Source: an uncultured Eubacterium sp.
Lineage (GTDB): Bacteria > Bacillota > Clostridia > Lachnospirales > CAG-274
Assembly (NCBI GenBank): GCA_900545305.1
Contig: UQYD01000005.1
Location: 5,618-69,617, forward strand
DNA length: 64,000 nucleotides
Direction of reading: 5' to 3'
A program made the position numbers and the translations under genes. Under the pieces are notes generated by a model. It was not told where the DNA came from. It ran no database searches and saw nothing but the letters and a program-made list of their open reading frames with translations. The first letter of the stretch is position 1, and every line of letters begins with the position of its first letter. This document shows positions 29,379 to 38,353 of this stretch, piece by piece.

Positions 29379-30588
29379 TTATATTACTAAGAAACTTGAA
29401 AACGGAGTGAAATGCTACATTGTACCTAAAAAAGGCTATGCAGAAAAAAAGGCTATGATTGCCTTTAACTATGGGTCTTGCAATACAGAGTTTATTTACA
29501 ATGGCAAAACTATAAAACAGACAAAGGGAACAGCTCATTTTTTGGAGCATAAAATGTTTGATGGTTCAGCTGACATATTTTCTGAATTTGAAAAATTAGG
29601 GGCAAGTGCCAATGCCTTTACTAATTTTACTACTACAGCATATCACTTTAACTGTACGGAAAATTTTGAAAAGGCTTTTGAACTGCTTATGAAAATGGTA
29701 AGTTCTTTAGATACAACAGAAGAAAGTGTAGAAAGGGAAAAGAAGATAATAGGTCAGGAAATTAAAATGTACAATGACGATATTGGGTGGCAGGTTTATT
29801 TTAATGGCTTAAAGTGTGCCTATAGTGATAATAATGTAAGATATTCTGTTGCCGGAACATTGGAGTCAATTGATGATATAAACTGTGAAGATTTGTATAA
29901 TGCCTACAAGGCTTTTTATACTGCTGATAATTGTTGCATTATTGTGGTTGGCGATGTAGACGAAAATAACGTGTTAAAATTGGCAAATGAGAACTTACAT
30001 TTGGGAGAAAAGTGTGCAGAAAAAATTACAAAACAGGAAGATGAAATAAATAACGATATAGAAAAAATAGAAAAGAATATTCCAAAGAATGTGTTTAATA
30101 TCGACTTTAGGGAAGACATAGAAACTGATGATATAGCATACAGGATTGCCCTTAATGAAGTTATGCTTGAAATACTTTGTGGGAAAAGCTCTCATTTGTA
30201 TAACAAGCTAAATTACAAGGGATTAATTTCAAGCGAATTAACAGCTGATTATTTATGTGGCAATGATTATGGATTGAGAATTATAGGTGGAGAAAGCAAC
30301 AATATAGAAGAAATACTGTCTGAAATATCACAGGAGGTAGAAAGATACGTAACTTTTGGTATAAGTGATGAAAATTTAAAAAGAGTTGTAAAGGCTGTTA
30401 AAAATAGAAATTTATTTGGAAACGAAAGCCTTGAAAATATATGTTCAGCCTTTGCCGACTGCTTTACAAAGGGTATTGAGGTACTGGACATTTATGCCAA
30501 ATATGATATAATTAAAAGCAACGATATTAGAGAAGAACTTAAAACCTTTTCGAGAAATAATAGGGTGTTGAGTGTAGTTGGAGGTTAA
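29371..30588 (+). CDS. M16-family zinc peptidase subunit (insulinase family, active-type).
   Basis: The inverted zinc motif 'GTAHFLEHKMFDGS' (HxxEH) is present. The RBS GGAGAG is 8 nt upstream of the ATG at 29371. The gene is coupled to the upstream gene by an ATGCTTAA overlap. Confidence 0.7.
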   Translation: MLNYITKKLENGVKCYIVPKKGYAEKKAMIAFNYGSCNTEFIYNGKTIKQTKGTAHFLEHKMFDGSADIFSEFEKLGASANAFTNFTTTAYHFNCTENFEKAFELLMKMVSSLDTTEESVEREKKIIGQEIKMYNDDIGWQVYFNGLKCAYSDNNVRYSVAGTLESIDDINCEDLYNAYKAFYTADNCCIIVVGDVDENNVLKLANENLHLGEKCAEKITKQEDEINNDIEKIEKNIPKNVFNIDFREDIETDDIAYRIALNEVMLEILCGKSSHLYNKLNYKGLISSELTADYLCGNDYGLRIIGGESNNIEEILSEISQEVERYVTFGISDENLKRVVKAVKNRNLFGNESLENICSAFADCFTKGIEVLDIYAKYDIIKSNDIREELKTFSRNNRVLSVVGG

Positions 30589-30591
30589 GTA

Positions 30592-31476
30592 ATGGATATT
30601 TTATTTCCACATCTTAATATAGGTATAGATAAATTAAGCAGAGTTGCCTTTTCAATAGGTAGCTTTCAGGTGTATTGGTACGGAGTTCTTATTTGCTTGG
30701 GTGCTGTCTTAGGTCTTGTGTTGGTTACAAAAATAGCCAAGGCTGAGGGGCAGAACCCCGATACATATACAGACTTCGCTATTTGGGCTTTGATTTGTGG
30801 TATTGTAGGGGCAAGAACTTACTACCTTGTGTTTTATGAACACTCTTTAAGAGATTTTTTAGGCATAAGAAATGGTGGACTTGCTATTTACGGTGGCATT
30901 ATTGGTGGCACTCTTGCAGCTATTGTATACACAAGAATAAAGAAGTTAAATTTATTTAAATTTACGGATACTCTTGTTTTTGGCTTGTTATGTGGTCAGA
31001 TTTTTGGTCGTTGGGGTAACTTTGTAAACAGGGAGGCTTTTGGGTCTTTTACAGATAGTCTTTTTGCTTTAGCTTATAAGGCTAGTACAGTTGCAGGATT
31101 GAAGATTAACGGCTCTGAAGGTGCATATAATGGAACACTTTATCCAATAACTGAAATTGGTGGAGAAAGCTATATACAGGTACACCCTACATTTTTGTAT
31201 GAAAGTGTATGGAATTTGTGTGTCCTTATATTTTTACTTTTCTATAGAAAGAAGAAAAATTACAACGGAGAATTAACAGTTATCTACTGCTTTGCCTATG
31301 GTTTAGGTAGATTTTGGATTGAATCTTTGAGAACTGACCAGCTTAAAATAGGTATTTTCCCTGTAAGTATGCTATTATCAGGTATTCTTGTGTTAGTAGC
31401 TGTTATAGTTGAAATAGTAATGGTTGTGAAAAGTAAAAAGAGCAAAAATATAGAGGAAAATAAAACAGAAGAATAG
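30592..31476 (+). CDS. lgt: Prolipoprotein diacylglyceryl transferase.
   Basis: The Lgt signature 'FGRWGNFVNREAFG' is present and the N-terminus has the typical form 'VAFSIGSFQVYWYGVLI'. Confidence 0.88.
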   Translation: MDILFPHLNIGIDKLSRVAFSIGSFQVYWYGVLICLGAVLGLVLVTKIAKAEGQNPDTYTDFAIWALICGIVGARTYYLVFYEHSLRDFLGIRNGGLAIYGGIIGGTLAAIVYTRIKKLNLFKFTDTLVFGLLCGQIFGRWGNFVNREAFGSFTDSLFALAYKASTVAGLKINGSEGAYNGTLYPITEIGGESYIQVHPTFLYESVWNLCVLIFLLFYRKKKNYNGELTVIYCFAYGLGRFWIESLRTDQLKIGIFPVSMLLSGILVLVAVIVEIVMVVKSKKSKNIEENKTEE

Positions 31477-31726
31477 TGTGGGTTTTAAGGAGTTTCCAAA
31501 TTGGAAATTCCTTTTTTTGCATAAAATACTGTCAAGTAGGCAATACTACAAAAGATTACTATATGAAATTATGGAATATAGCTAATAAAAATTGAAAAAT
31601 GAGGGTGAGTTGTGCAACATAGTTAAAAAATTTTTTTTTATTTGTGAAAGTGTAACATTGAAAAGTATAAATTGATATGCTAGTATACAAGTATACAAGA
31701 CGAAAGACGCAAAAGGAGGTCACAAA

Positions 31727-32746
31727 ATGTTAAAAGGTATTAAAAGGGTAATAACATTGGGGATATGTTCAGTCTTACTGTTTTCTGTAACAGGTTGCAA
31801 AACAGTCGGAGGCGGAAAAAGAATTGTCAGAATTGCACACTCCCAGTCAGAAACTCATCCAGACCATATGGGGCTTTTGGCGTTTGAGGAATATGTAGAA
31901 AGTCATAGTGATAAATATGATGTTCAGATTTATCCTAATGAACTTTTAGGGGCATCAGTAAAAGCTATTGAGTTAGTACAGACAGGGGCAGTTGATTTTG
32001 CTGTCTGTAGTACAGGTAACTTAGAAACCTTCGATGACATTTATCAGGTTTTCAGTATTCCATATCTTTTTGATAGCACAGATGTTTACCACAGTGTTAT
32101 GGAAGATGATGAATTAATGGATAGCATTTACAAGTCAACAGAGGCTGCCGGTTTTGAAACAGTAACTTGGCTTGATGCCGGCGTAAGAAACTTTTATGCT
32201 ACAACTCCTATTAAAACTCCAGAGGATTTAAAGGGTAAGAAAATAAGAGTTCAGCAAAGTCCAACAAATGTAAAAATGATGAAGGCTTTTGGTGCATCAG
32301 CTACTCCAATGTCTTTTGGTGAAGTTTACACAGCTATTCAGCAGCACGTTATTGACGGTGCAGAAAACAATGAATTTGCTTTAACAAATAATAAGCACGG
32401 CGAAGTTGCGAAGTATTACTCATATAATCAGCATCAGATGGTACCGGATATGCTTATTGGTAATTACAAATTCTTAAACAACCTTGACCCAGAGGATAAG
32501 AAGCTTTTTGAAGAAGCTGCTAAGGAATGTAATAAGATTGAAAGAGAAGAATGGGATAAACAGGTTGTAGAGGCAAAGGAAATAGCAAAGGATATGGGTG
32601 TTCAGTTTATTGATGTAGATGTAAATGCTTTTAAGGAAAAGGTATTACCACTTCATGAACAGATTTTGGAAGAAAATCCAAAGTTAAAGCCTATTTACGA
32701 TAAAATTCAGGAAGCAAATAATAAGGCTAAAGGGGGTCAACAGTAA
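31727..32746 (+). CDS. dctP: TRAP transporter substrate-binding protein (DctP family), lipoprotein.
   Basis: A lipobox 'FSVTGCK' is present. The length and the operon with a DctQ/DctM pair fit DctP-type substrate-binding proteins. Confidence 0.75.
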   Translation: MLKGIKRVITLGICSVLLFSVTGCKTVGGGKRIVRIAHSQSETHPDHMGLLAFEEYVESHSDKYDVQIYPNELLGASVKAIELVQTGAVDFAVCSTGNLETFDDIYQVFSIPYLFDSTDVYHSVMEDDELMDSIYKSTEAAGFETVTWLDAGVRNFYATTPIKTPEDLKGKKIRVQQSPTNVKMMKAFGASATPMSFGEVYTAIQQHVIDGAENNEFALTNNKHGEVAKYYSYNQHQMVPDMLIGNYKFLNNLDPEDKKLFEEAAKECNKIEREEWDKQVVEAKEIAKDMGVQFIDVDVNAFKEKVLPLHEQILEENPKLKPIYDKIQEANNKAKGGQQ

Positions 32747-33222
32747 TGAGTAATTTAAAAAATATAATGAACAAGGTACTGGAAACAATTTGTGTTTTTA
32801 TATTCGCTTTTATTACTATTGTAGGTACGTACCAGATTGTTGTCAGATATGTATTTAACTCTCCTAGTACAGTTTCAGAAGAACTTTTGACATATTCATT
32901 TACTTGGCTTGCACTTTTAGCAGCTGCCTTGGTTTTTGGTATGAAAGAGCATATGGCTATGACATATTTTGCTGATAAGATTAAGGGAAAGAAAAGAATT
33001 ATACTTAATTTAATAATAGAAGTTATTGTAATGCTTTTTGCTATCTCTGTTTTAATCTTCGGTGGCGTATCAATTACAAGACTTACAATGACACAGGTTA
33101 CAGCATCTCTTGGAATACCAATGGGTTATGTATATGCTGTAGTTCCTATTAGTGGTGTTATTACAGTTATTTACAATATTTTAAATATTTCAGAATTATT
33201 CAAACAGATAAAAAATGCGTAA
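32746..33222 (+). CDS. dctQ: TRAP transporter small permease (DctQ).
   Basis: 158 aa with 4 transmembrane helices. Its start overlaps the dctP stop. Confidence 0.7.
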   Translation: MSNLKNIMNKVLETICVFIFAFITIVGTYQIVVRYVFNSPSTVSEELLTYSFTWLALLAAALVFGMKEHMAMTYFADKIKGKKRIILNLIIEVIVMLFAISVLIFGGVSITRLTMTQVTASLGIPMGYVYAVVPISGVITVIYNILNISELFKQIKNA

Positions 33223-33236
33223 AGGAGGCGTAGGTA

Positions 33237-34544
33237 ATGAATACAGTTTTGGTATGTGGCTTAATAATAGCCGTAGTTTTAATAGCATTATTGTTAATGG
33301 GTGCACCTATTTCTATAGCCATTGGAGCAGCTTCAGTTTTAGCAGTTCTTCCTGTACTTGACACAAGTGCAGTATTCTTAACAGGTGCTCAGAGAACATT
33401 TTCAGGTATTTCAGTATTTACACTTATTGCAATTCCATTTTTCATATTAGCCGGTAATATTATGAACCGTGGTGGCATTGCAATGCGACTTATAAATTTG
33501 GCTCAGGTTCTTACAGGTAGAGTTCCGGGGTCATTAGCTCATACAAATTCTATCGCAAATATGCTTTTTGGTGCTATTTCCGGTTCAGGTGTTGCATCAG
33601 CATCAGCTATGGGTACAATTATTGGACCTATTGAAGAAAAAGAAGGCTATGACAAAAACTATTCAGCAGCAGTAAATATTGCAACAGCTCCTACAGGACT
33701 TCTTATTCCACCTAGTAATGTACTTATTACATTCTCTCTTGTAAGTGGTGGTACATCAGTTGCAGCACTTTTTATGGCCGGTTATATTCCCGGTATTCTT
33801 TGGGGATTATTCTGTATGATAGTTGCTTTCTTTATTGCAAGAAAATATAACTACAGAAGTACACAGCACGTTACAGTTAAAGAGGGACTTCAGATTGTAT
33901 GGCAGGCTGTTCCTAGTTTACTTCTTATTATCATTGTTATTGGTGGTATTATTAAGGGCATATTTACGGCTACAGAAGGTTCAGTAGTTGCAGTTGTATA
34001 TTCACTTATTCTTTCACTTATTTATAAAACAATAAAGGTTAAGGATTTATATGGAATAATTAAAGATAGTGCTGTTACAACAGGTATTATTGTTTTCCTT
34101 ATTGGTGTATCCAGCTTTATGGCTTGGGTAATGACATTTACAGGTATTCCGGAAGCTATTTCAACACTTCTTTTAGGAATTAGCTCAAACAAGATTATAT
34201 TATTGCTTATTATAAATGTAGTTCTCCTTTTCATAGGTACATTTATGGATATTACACCGGCAATTCTTATTTTTACACCAATATTTATGCCGGTATGTCA
34301 GGAACTTGGTATGACAGCTGTTCAGTTTGGTATTATGCTTGTATTTAACCTTTGTATTGGTACAATTACTCCTCCTGTAGGTAACATTCTTTTTGTAGGA
34401 GTAAGAGTAGCAAACACAAAGATAGAAGATGTAATAAAGCCATTACTTAAATACTATGTTGCAATTTTCTTGGTTCTCTTGCTTGTAACATTTGTTCCGG
34501 CAATTTCAACTTGGTTGCCAACAGTAATGGGCTTAATGGGATAA
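33237..34544 (+). CDS. dctM: TRAP transporter large permease (DctM).
   Basis: 435 aa and polytopic, with typical DctM-family organisation. Confidence 0.82.
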   Translation: MNTVLVCGLIIAVVLIALLLMGAPISIAIGAASVLAVLPVLDTSAVFLTGAQRTFSGISVFTLIAIPFFILAGNIMNRGGIAMRLINLAQVLTGRVPGSLAHTNSIANMLFGAISGSGVASASAMGTIIGPIEEKEGYDKNYSAAVNIATAPTGLLIPPSNVLITFSLVSGGTSVAALFMAGYIPGILWGLFCMIVAFFIARKYNYRSTQHVTVKEGLQIVWQAVPSLLLIIIVIGGIIKGIFTATEGSVVAVVYSLILSLIYKTIKVKDLYGIIKDSAVTTGIIVFLIGVSSFMAWVMTFTGIPEAISTLLLGISSNKIILLLIINVVLLFIGTFMDITPAILIFTPIFMPVCQELGMTAVQFGIMLVFNLCIGTITPPVGNILFVGVRVANTKIEDVIKPLLKYYVAIFLVLLLVTFVPAISTWLPTVMGLMG

Positions 34545-34613
34545 AAATTTTGATTTTAGATAAACTTTAGTAAAAATAATTGATGATTAGTAGATTTTAG
34601 GAGGTACTATACT

Positions 34614-35693
34614 ATGAAAATGACGTTAAGATGGTTCGGTAAAGATTTTGATTCTGTAACACTTCAACAGATTAGACAAATTCCGGGGGTAACAGGTGTA
34701 ATTACTACCTTATATGATATTCCGGCCGGAGATGTATGGCCTATTGAAAGAATTAAGGCTATGCAGGCAGAAGTTGAGGCTGAGGGCTTAAAAGTAGAGG
34801 GTATTGAAAGTGTAAATATTCACGACTCTATTAAAATTGGCTCTCCGGACAGAGAAAAGTATATTGATAACTATATTGAAACTCTCGAAAACCTTGGCAA
34901 GTGTGGTATTGATATGGTTTGCTACAACTTTATGCCTGTATTTGACTGGACACGTTCTGAACTTGCTCATGTCAGAGAAGACGGTTCAACAGTTCTCTAT
35001 TACGACCAGGCAGAGGTTGACAAAATTGACCCAGAAAAAATGTTTAATTCTATTGACAGCAATTCAAATGGTTTTGTAATGCCGGGGTGGGAACCTGAAA
35101 GACTTGCTCACGTTAAGGAACTTTTTGAGGCTTACAAAGATGTAGATTCTGAAAAACTTTTTGAAAATCTTGTATACTTCTTAAAGAGAATACAGCCGGT
35201 TTGCGAAAAGTACGATATTAAAATGGCTATTCACCCAGATGACCCAGCTTGGCCGGTATTTAATCTTCCTAGAATTATAACTTGCAAGGAAAATGTAGAA
35301 AGACTTTTAAAGGCTGTTGATGCTAAATTTAATGGTCTTACACTTTGTACTGGTTCTTATGGCTCAAATCCAAAGAATGACATTTGCGAAATTATAAATG
35401 TAGCAAAGGGTAGAATACATTTTGCTCACGTCAGAAACTTAAAGCACTATAAGCCGGGAGTATTTGCAGAAGCTGCTCACTTGTCAAGAGATGGTTCAAT
35501 GGATATGTACAAGATTGTAAAGACACTTATTGATACAGGTTTTGACGGACCGGTTAGACCTGACCACGGTCGTGCAATTTGGGGCGAAGTATCTATGCCG
35601 GGCTACGGTCTTTATGACAGAGCTTTAGGTGCTTGTTACTTAAATGGTCTTATTGAAGCTATTGAAAAGCAGGAGGGTATTTATAAGCAATGA
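34614..35693 (+). CDS. uxuA: Mannonate dehydratase.
   Basis: 'MKMTLRWFGKDFDSVTLQQIRQIPGVTGVITTLYDIPAGDVW' aligns with the E. coli UxuA N-terminus ('MEQTWRWYGPNDPVSL...'). Confidence 0.85.
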   Translation: MKMTLRWFGKDFDSVTLQQIRQIPGVTGVITTLYDIPAGDVWPIERIKAMQAEVEAEGLKVEGIESVNIHDSIKIGSPDREKYIDNYIETLENLGKCGIDMVCYNFMPVFDWTRSELAHVREDGSTVLYYDQAEVDKIDPEKMFNSIDSNSNGFVMPGWEPERLAHVKELFEAYKDVDSEKLFENLVYFLKRIQPVCEKYDIKMAIHPDDPAWPVFNLPRIITCKENVERLLKAVDAKFNGLTLCTGSYGSNPKNDICEIINVAKGRIHFAHVRNLKHYKPGVFAEAAHLSRDGSMDMYKIVKTLIDTGFDGPVRPDHGRAIWGEVSMPGYGLYDRALGACYLNGLIEAIEKQEGIYKQ

Positions 35694-37288
35694 GAATGAA
35701 TTTAAAATCTTTACAAGATAGACAAAAGTGGGAAGAAATGGGCTTTAAATTGCCTGATTATAGTGTTGAAAAAATGATTGAAAATACTGCCAACAACCCA
35801 GAGTGGATACACTTTGGGGCAGGCAATATTTTTAGAGCTTTTCCGGCTGTAGTTTGCCAGCATTTATTAAACAGTGGTATTATGACTACCGGTATAATAG
35901 TTGCAGAGGGTTATGATTATGAAATTATTGAAAAGAGTTTCAAAAATTATGACAATCTTACTGCTGCTGTTACATTAAAAGCTGACGGTACTATAGAAAA
36001 GGAAATTGTGGCATCTATTGCAGAAGCCCTTTGTGTAGACAGTAACAATGAAAAGGATTGGAAAAGATTAAATGAAATTTTTAAGGCAGAAAGCCTTAAA
36101 ATGGTATCATTTACAATTACAGAAAAGGGATATTCTCTTGTAAGAGGAAATGGCGAAATACTCCCTGATGTAAAAGAGGATATGGAAAACGGTCCGGAAA
36201 ATGTTCACAGCTATATTGGTAAGTTAGTATCTCTCTTACACACAAGATATAAAAGTGGTGAAAAGCCTATAACATTAGTAAGTATGGACAACTGTTCTCA
36301 TAATGGAACTAAGTTACAGAATTCAGTCTTAGCCTTTGTTAAGACTTGGACAGAAAATGGCAAGGCACAGGAAGGATTTTTGGACTATGCCAAAAATAAA
36401 GTATCTTATCCTTGGTCAATGATTGACAAAATTACTCCTAGACCGGCTGATGCTGTAATTGATATGTTAAAGGAAGTAGGTTTTGAAGATACTGAAGCCG
36501 TTGTAACATCAAAGAATACCTTTGTTGCACCTTTTGTAAATGCAGAGGAAACACAGTATCTTGTTATTGAAGACGATTTCAAAAACGGTAAATTGCCTTT
36601 AGATAAAGGTGGCATAATTTATACTTCAAGAAATACTGTAGACAAAGTGGAAAAAATGAAAGTATGCACTTGCCTTAATCCACTTCACACAGCTTTAGCT
36701 GTTTATGGTTGTGTTTTAGGGTATACTAAAATTTGTGATGAGATGAAAGACGAAAACCTTGTAACACTTATTAAAAATGCAGGTTACAAAGAGGGTCTTC
36801 CAGTAGTTACTGACCCGGGCATTTTATCTCCAAAGGAATTTATTGATACAGTAGTGGAAGTAAGACTTCCAAACCCATTTATGCCTGATGCACCACAGAG
36901 AATTGCTTGTGACACTTCACAGAAAGTGGGCATACGTTTTGGTGAAACTATAAAGGCGTATATGAAAGAGGGTACTTCTGACAAGTTGGAATATATTCCT
37001 CTTGTGTTAGCCGGTTGGCTTAGATACCTTATGGCAAAGGACGACAATGGAAATGATTTTGAATTAAGTCCAGACCCATTAATTCCAGAATTGACAGCAA
37101 TTATGTCAGAAGTAAAGTTTGGTGACAATAGTAATGCTGATGAGGCTGTTGCTGAAATTTTAGAGAGAAAAGATATTTTTGGAGTGGATTTAAAGGAGGC
37201 TGGGCTTGATAACAAGATTTTGGCTTACTTTAAAGAGCTTAACGGGGGAAAAGGTGCTGTTAGGACTACACTCAAGAAATATTGTTAA
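35690..37288 (+). CDS. uxuB: Mannitol dehydrogenase family oxidoreductase, probably fructuronate/tagaturonate reductase (UxuB/UxaB-like).
   Basis: An N-terminal Rossmann motif 'IHFGAGNIFRAF' is present. The family has a size of ~480-530 aa. The gene overlaps uxuA (ATGA). Confidence 0.6.
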   Translation: MRMNLKSLQDRQKWEEMGFKLPDYSVEKMIENTANNPEWIHFGAGNIFRAFPAVVCQHLLNSGIMTTGIIVAEGYDYEIIEKSFKNYDNLTAAVTLKADGTIEKEIVASIAEALCVDSNNEKDWKRLNEIFKAESLKMVSFTITEKGYSLVRGNGEILPDVKEDMENGPENVHSYIGKLVSLLHTRYKSGEKPITLVSMDNCSHNGTKLQNSVLAFVKTWTENGKAQEGFLDYAKNKVSYPWSMIDKITPRPADAVIDMLKEVGFEDTEAVVTSKNTFVAPFVNAEETQYLVIEDDFKNGKLPLDKGGIIYTSRNTVDKVEKMKVCTCLNPLHTALAVYGCVLGYTKICDEMKDENLVTLIKNAGYKEGLPVVTDPGILSPKEFIDTVVEVRLPNPFMPDAPQRIACDTSQKVGIRFGETIKAYMKEGTSDKLEYIPLVLAGWLRYLMAKDDNGNDFELSPDPLIPELTAIMSEVKFGDNSNADEAVAEILERKDIFGVDLKEAGLDNKILAYFKELNGGKGAVRTTLKKYC

Positions 37289-37424
37289 AAATGCTTATTG
37301 AATTTTAGGGGTATAAATAGTATAATTATTTTAATAGATAATTAAAAAGTATGGGAATGGTGTTGAACATATTAGGGGAATATGTTCAATGCCATAATCT
37401 CTGCGAGGAACAGGGGTTGAGATT

Positions 37425-38099
37425 ATGTTGGTTACAGCTCAAAGACAAGGGGAAACAGTTAGGGATTATGCTTGTCGTGTAATTAAAGAAAATATTGTAA
37501 CAATGGAATTAAAACCAGGTAGCCTTGTAAGTGAAACTGAACTTGCAAAGGAACTTGGCGTAAGCCGTACACCTGTAAGAGAGGCATTAATACAGCTGGG
37601 CAAAAATGGTATGGTGGAAACTTTTCCACAGAGAGGAACTAAAGTATCATTAATAGACACAGATAGTGTTAATGAATCCAGATTTTATAGACTTGTTATT
37701 GAAAGGGCTCTTGTACAGGAAATATGCAATAACTGTAATGAAGATGATTTATTTCCATTAAACGAAAACTTACATAAGCAGTTGTTCTGCCTTGAAACTA
37801 AAAATTGTCACAAAATTGTTGAAGCAGATAATGAATTTCATAAATTGCTTTTTGTAATAGCAAATAAAAACAGAAGTTATGATGCCTTAAATGATATATT
37901 TACTCAGTTTGATAGAGTCAGATATTTGTCAGCAGAAAACTTCAATATGGAGGCTACAGTTTCAGAACATGAGGCTCTATATGATGCTATGAAAAATAAA
38001 GAAAATGAAAAGGCAGATAAAATTATAGTTGAGCATTTATCCAGATACAAAGAGGATATGCAAGAACTTAAAAACAAATATCCAAAATATTTTAAATAA
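37425..38099 (+). CDS. GntR-family transcriptional regulator (FadR/FCD subfamily).
   Basis: The N-terminal wHTH 'LVSETELAKELGVSRTPVREALIQL' is followed by an all-helical effector domain. It is adjacent to the uronate genes. Confidence 0.75.
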   Translation: MLVTAQRQGETVRDYACRVIKENIVTMELKPGSLVSETELAKELGVSRTPVREALIQLGKNGMVETFPQRGTKVSLIDTDSVNESRFYRLVIERALVQEICNNCNEDDLFPLNENLHKQLFCLETKNCHKIVEADNEFHKLLFVIANKNRSYDALNDIFTQFDRVRYLSAENFNMEATVSEHEALYDAMKNKENEKADKIIVEHLSRYKEDMQELKNKYPKYFK

Positions 38100-38112
38100 A
38101 AGTGATTTTTCA

Positions 38113-38150
38113 ATCCACCAAAGTTAATTGGACTTTGGTGGATTTTTTTA
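38113..38150 (+). terminator. Rho-independent terminator.
   Basis: ATCCACCAAAGT-TAATTGG-ACTTTGGTGGAT, followed by TTTTTTT. Confidence 0.8.
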
Positions 38151-38353
38151 ATGAATCGGAAAGATAAATCCGATGGCTTGCTTTTCAAGCCAAAAATAAC
38201 GCAGTTATTTGTTTTGAACTGAAGATTTTTGAAAATTACTTGTGAATAAAGTATTAATATTGTATAATAATTTTAAACAAAATTAAAACGGATTTTTTAG
38301 GTTATAGTTTTGTTTACGCAACAAAAATGCTTATTAAAAAAAGGAGGAATTTT

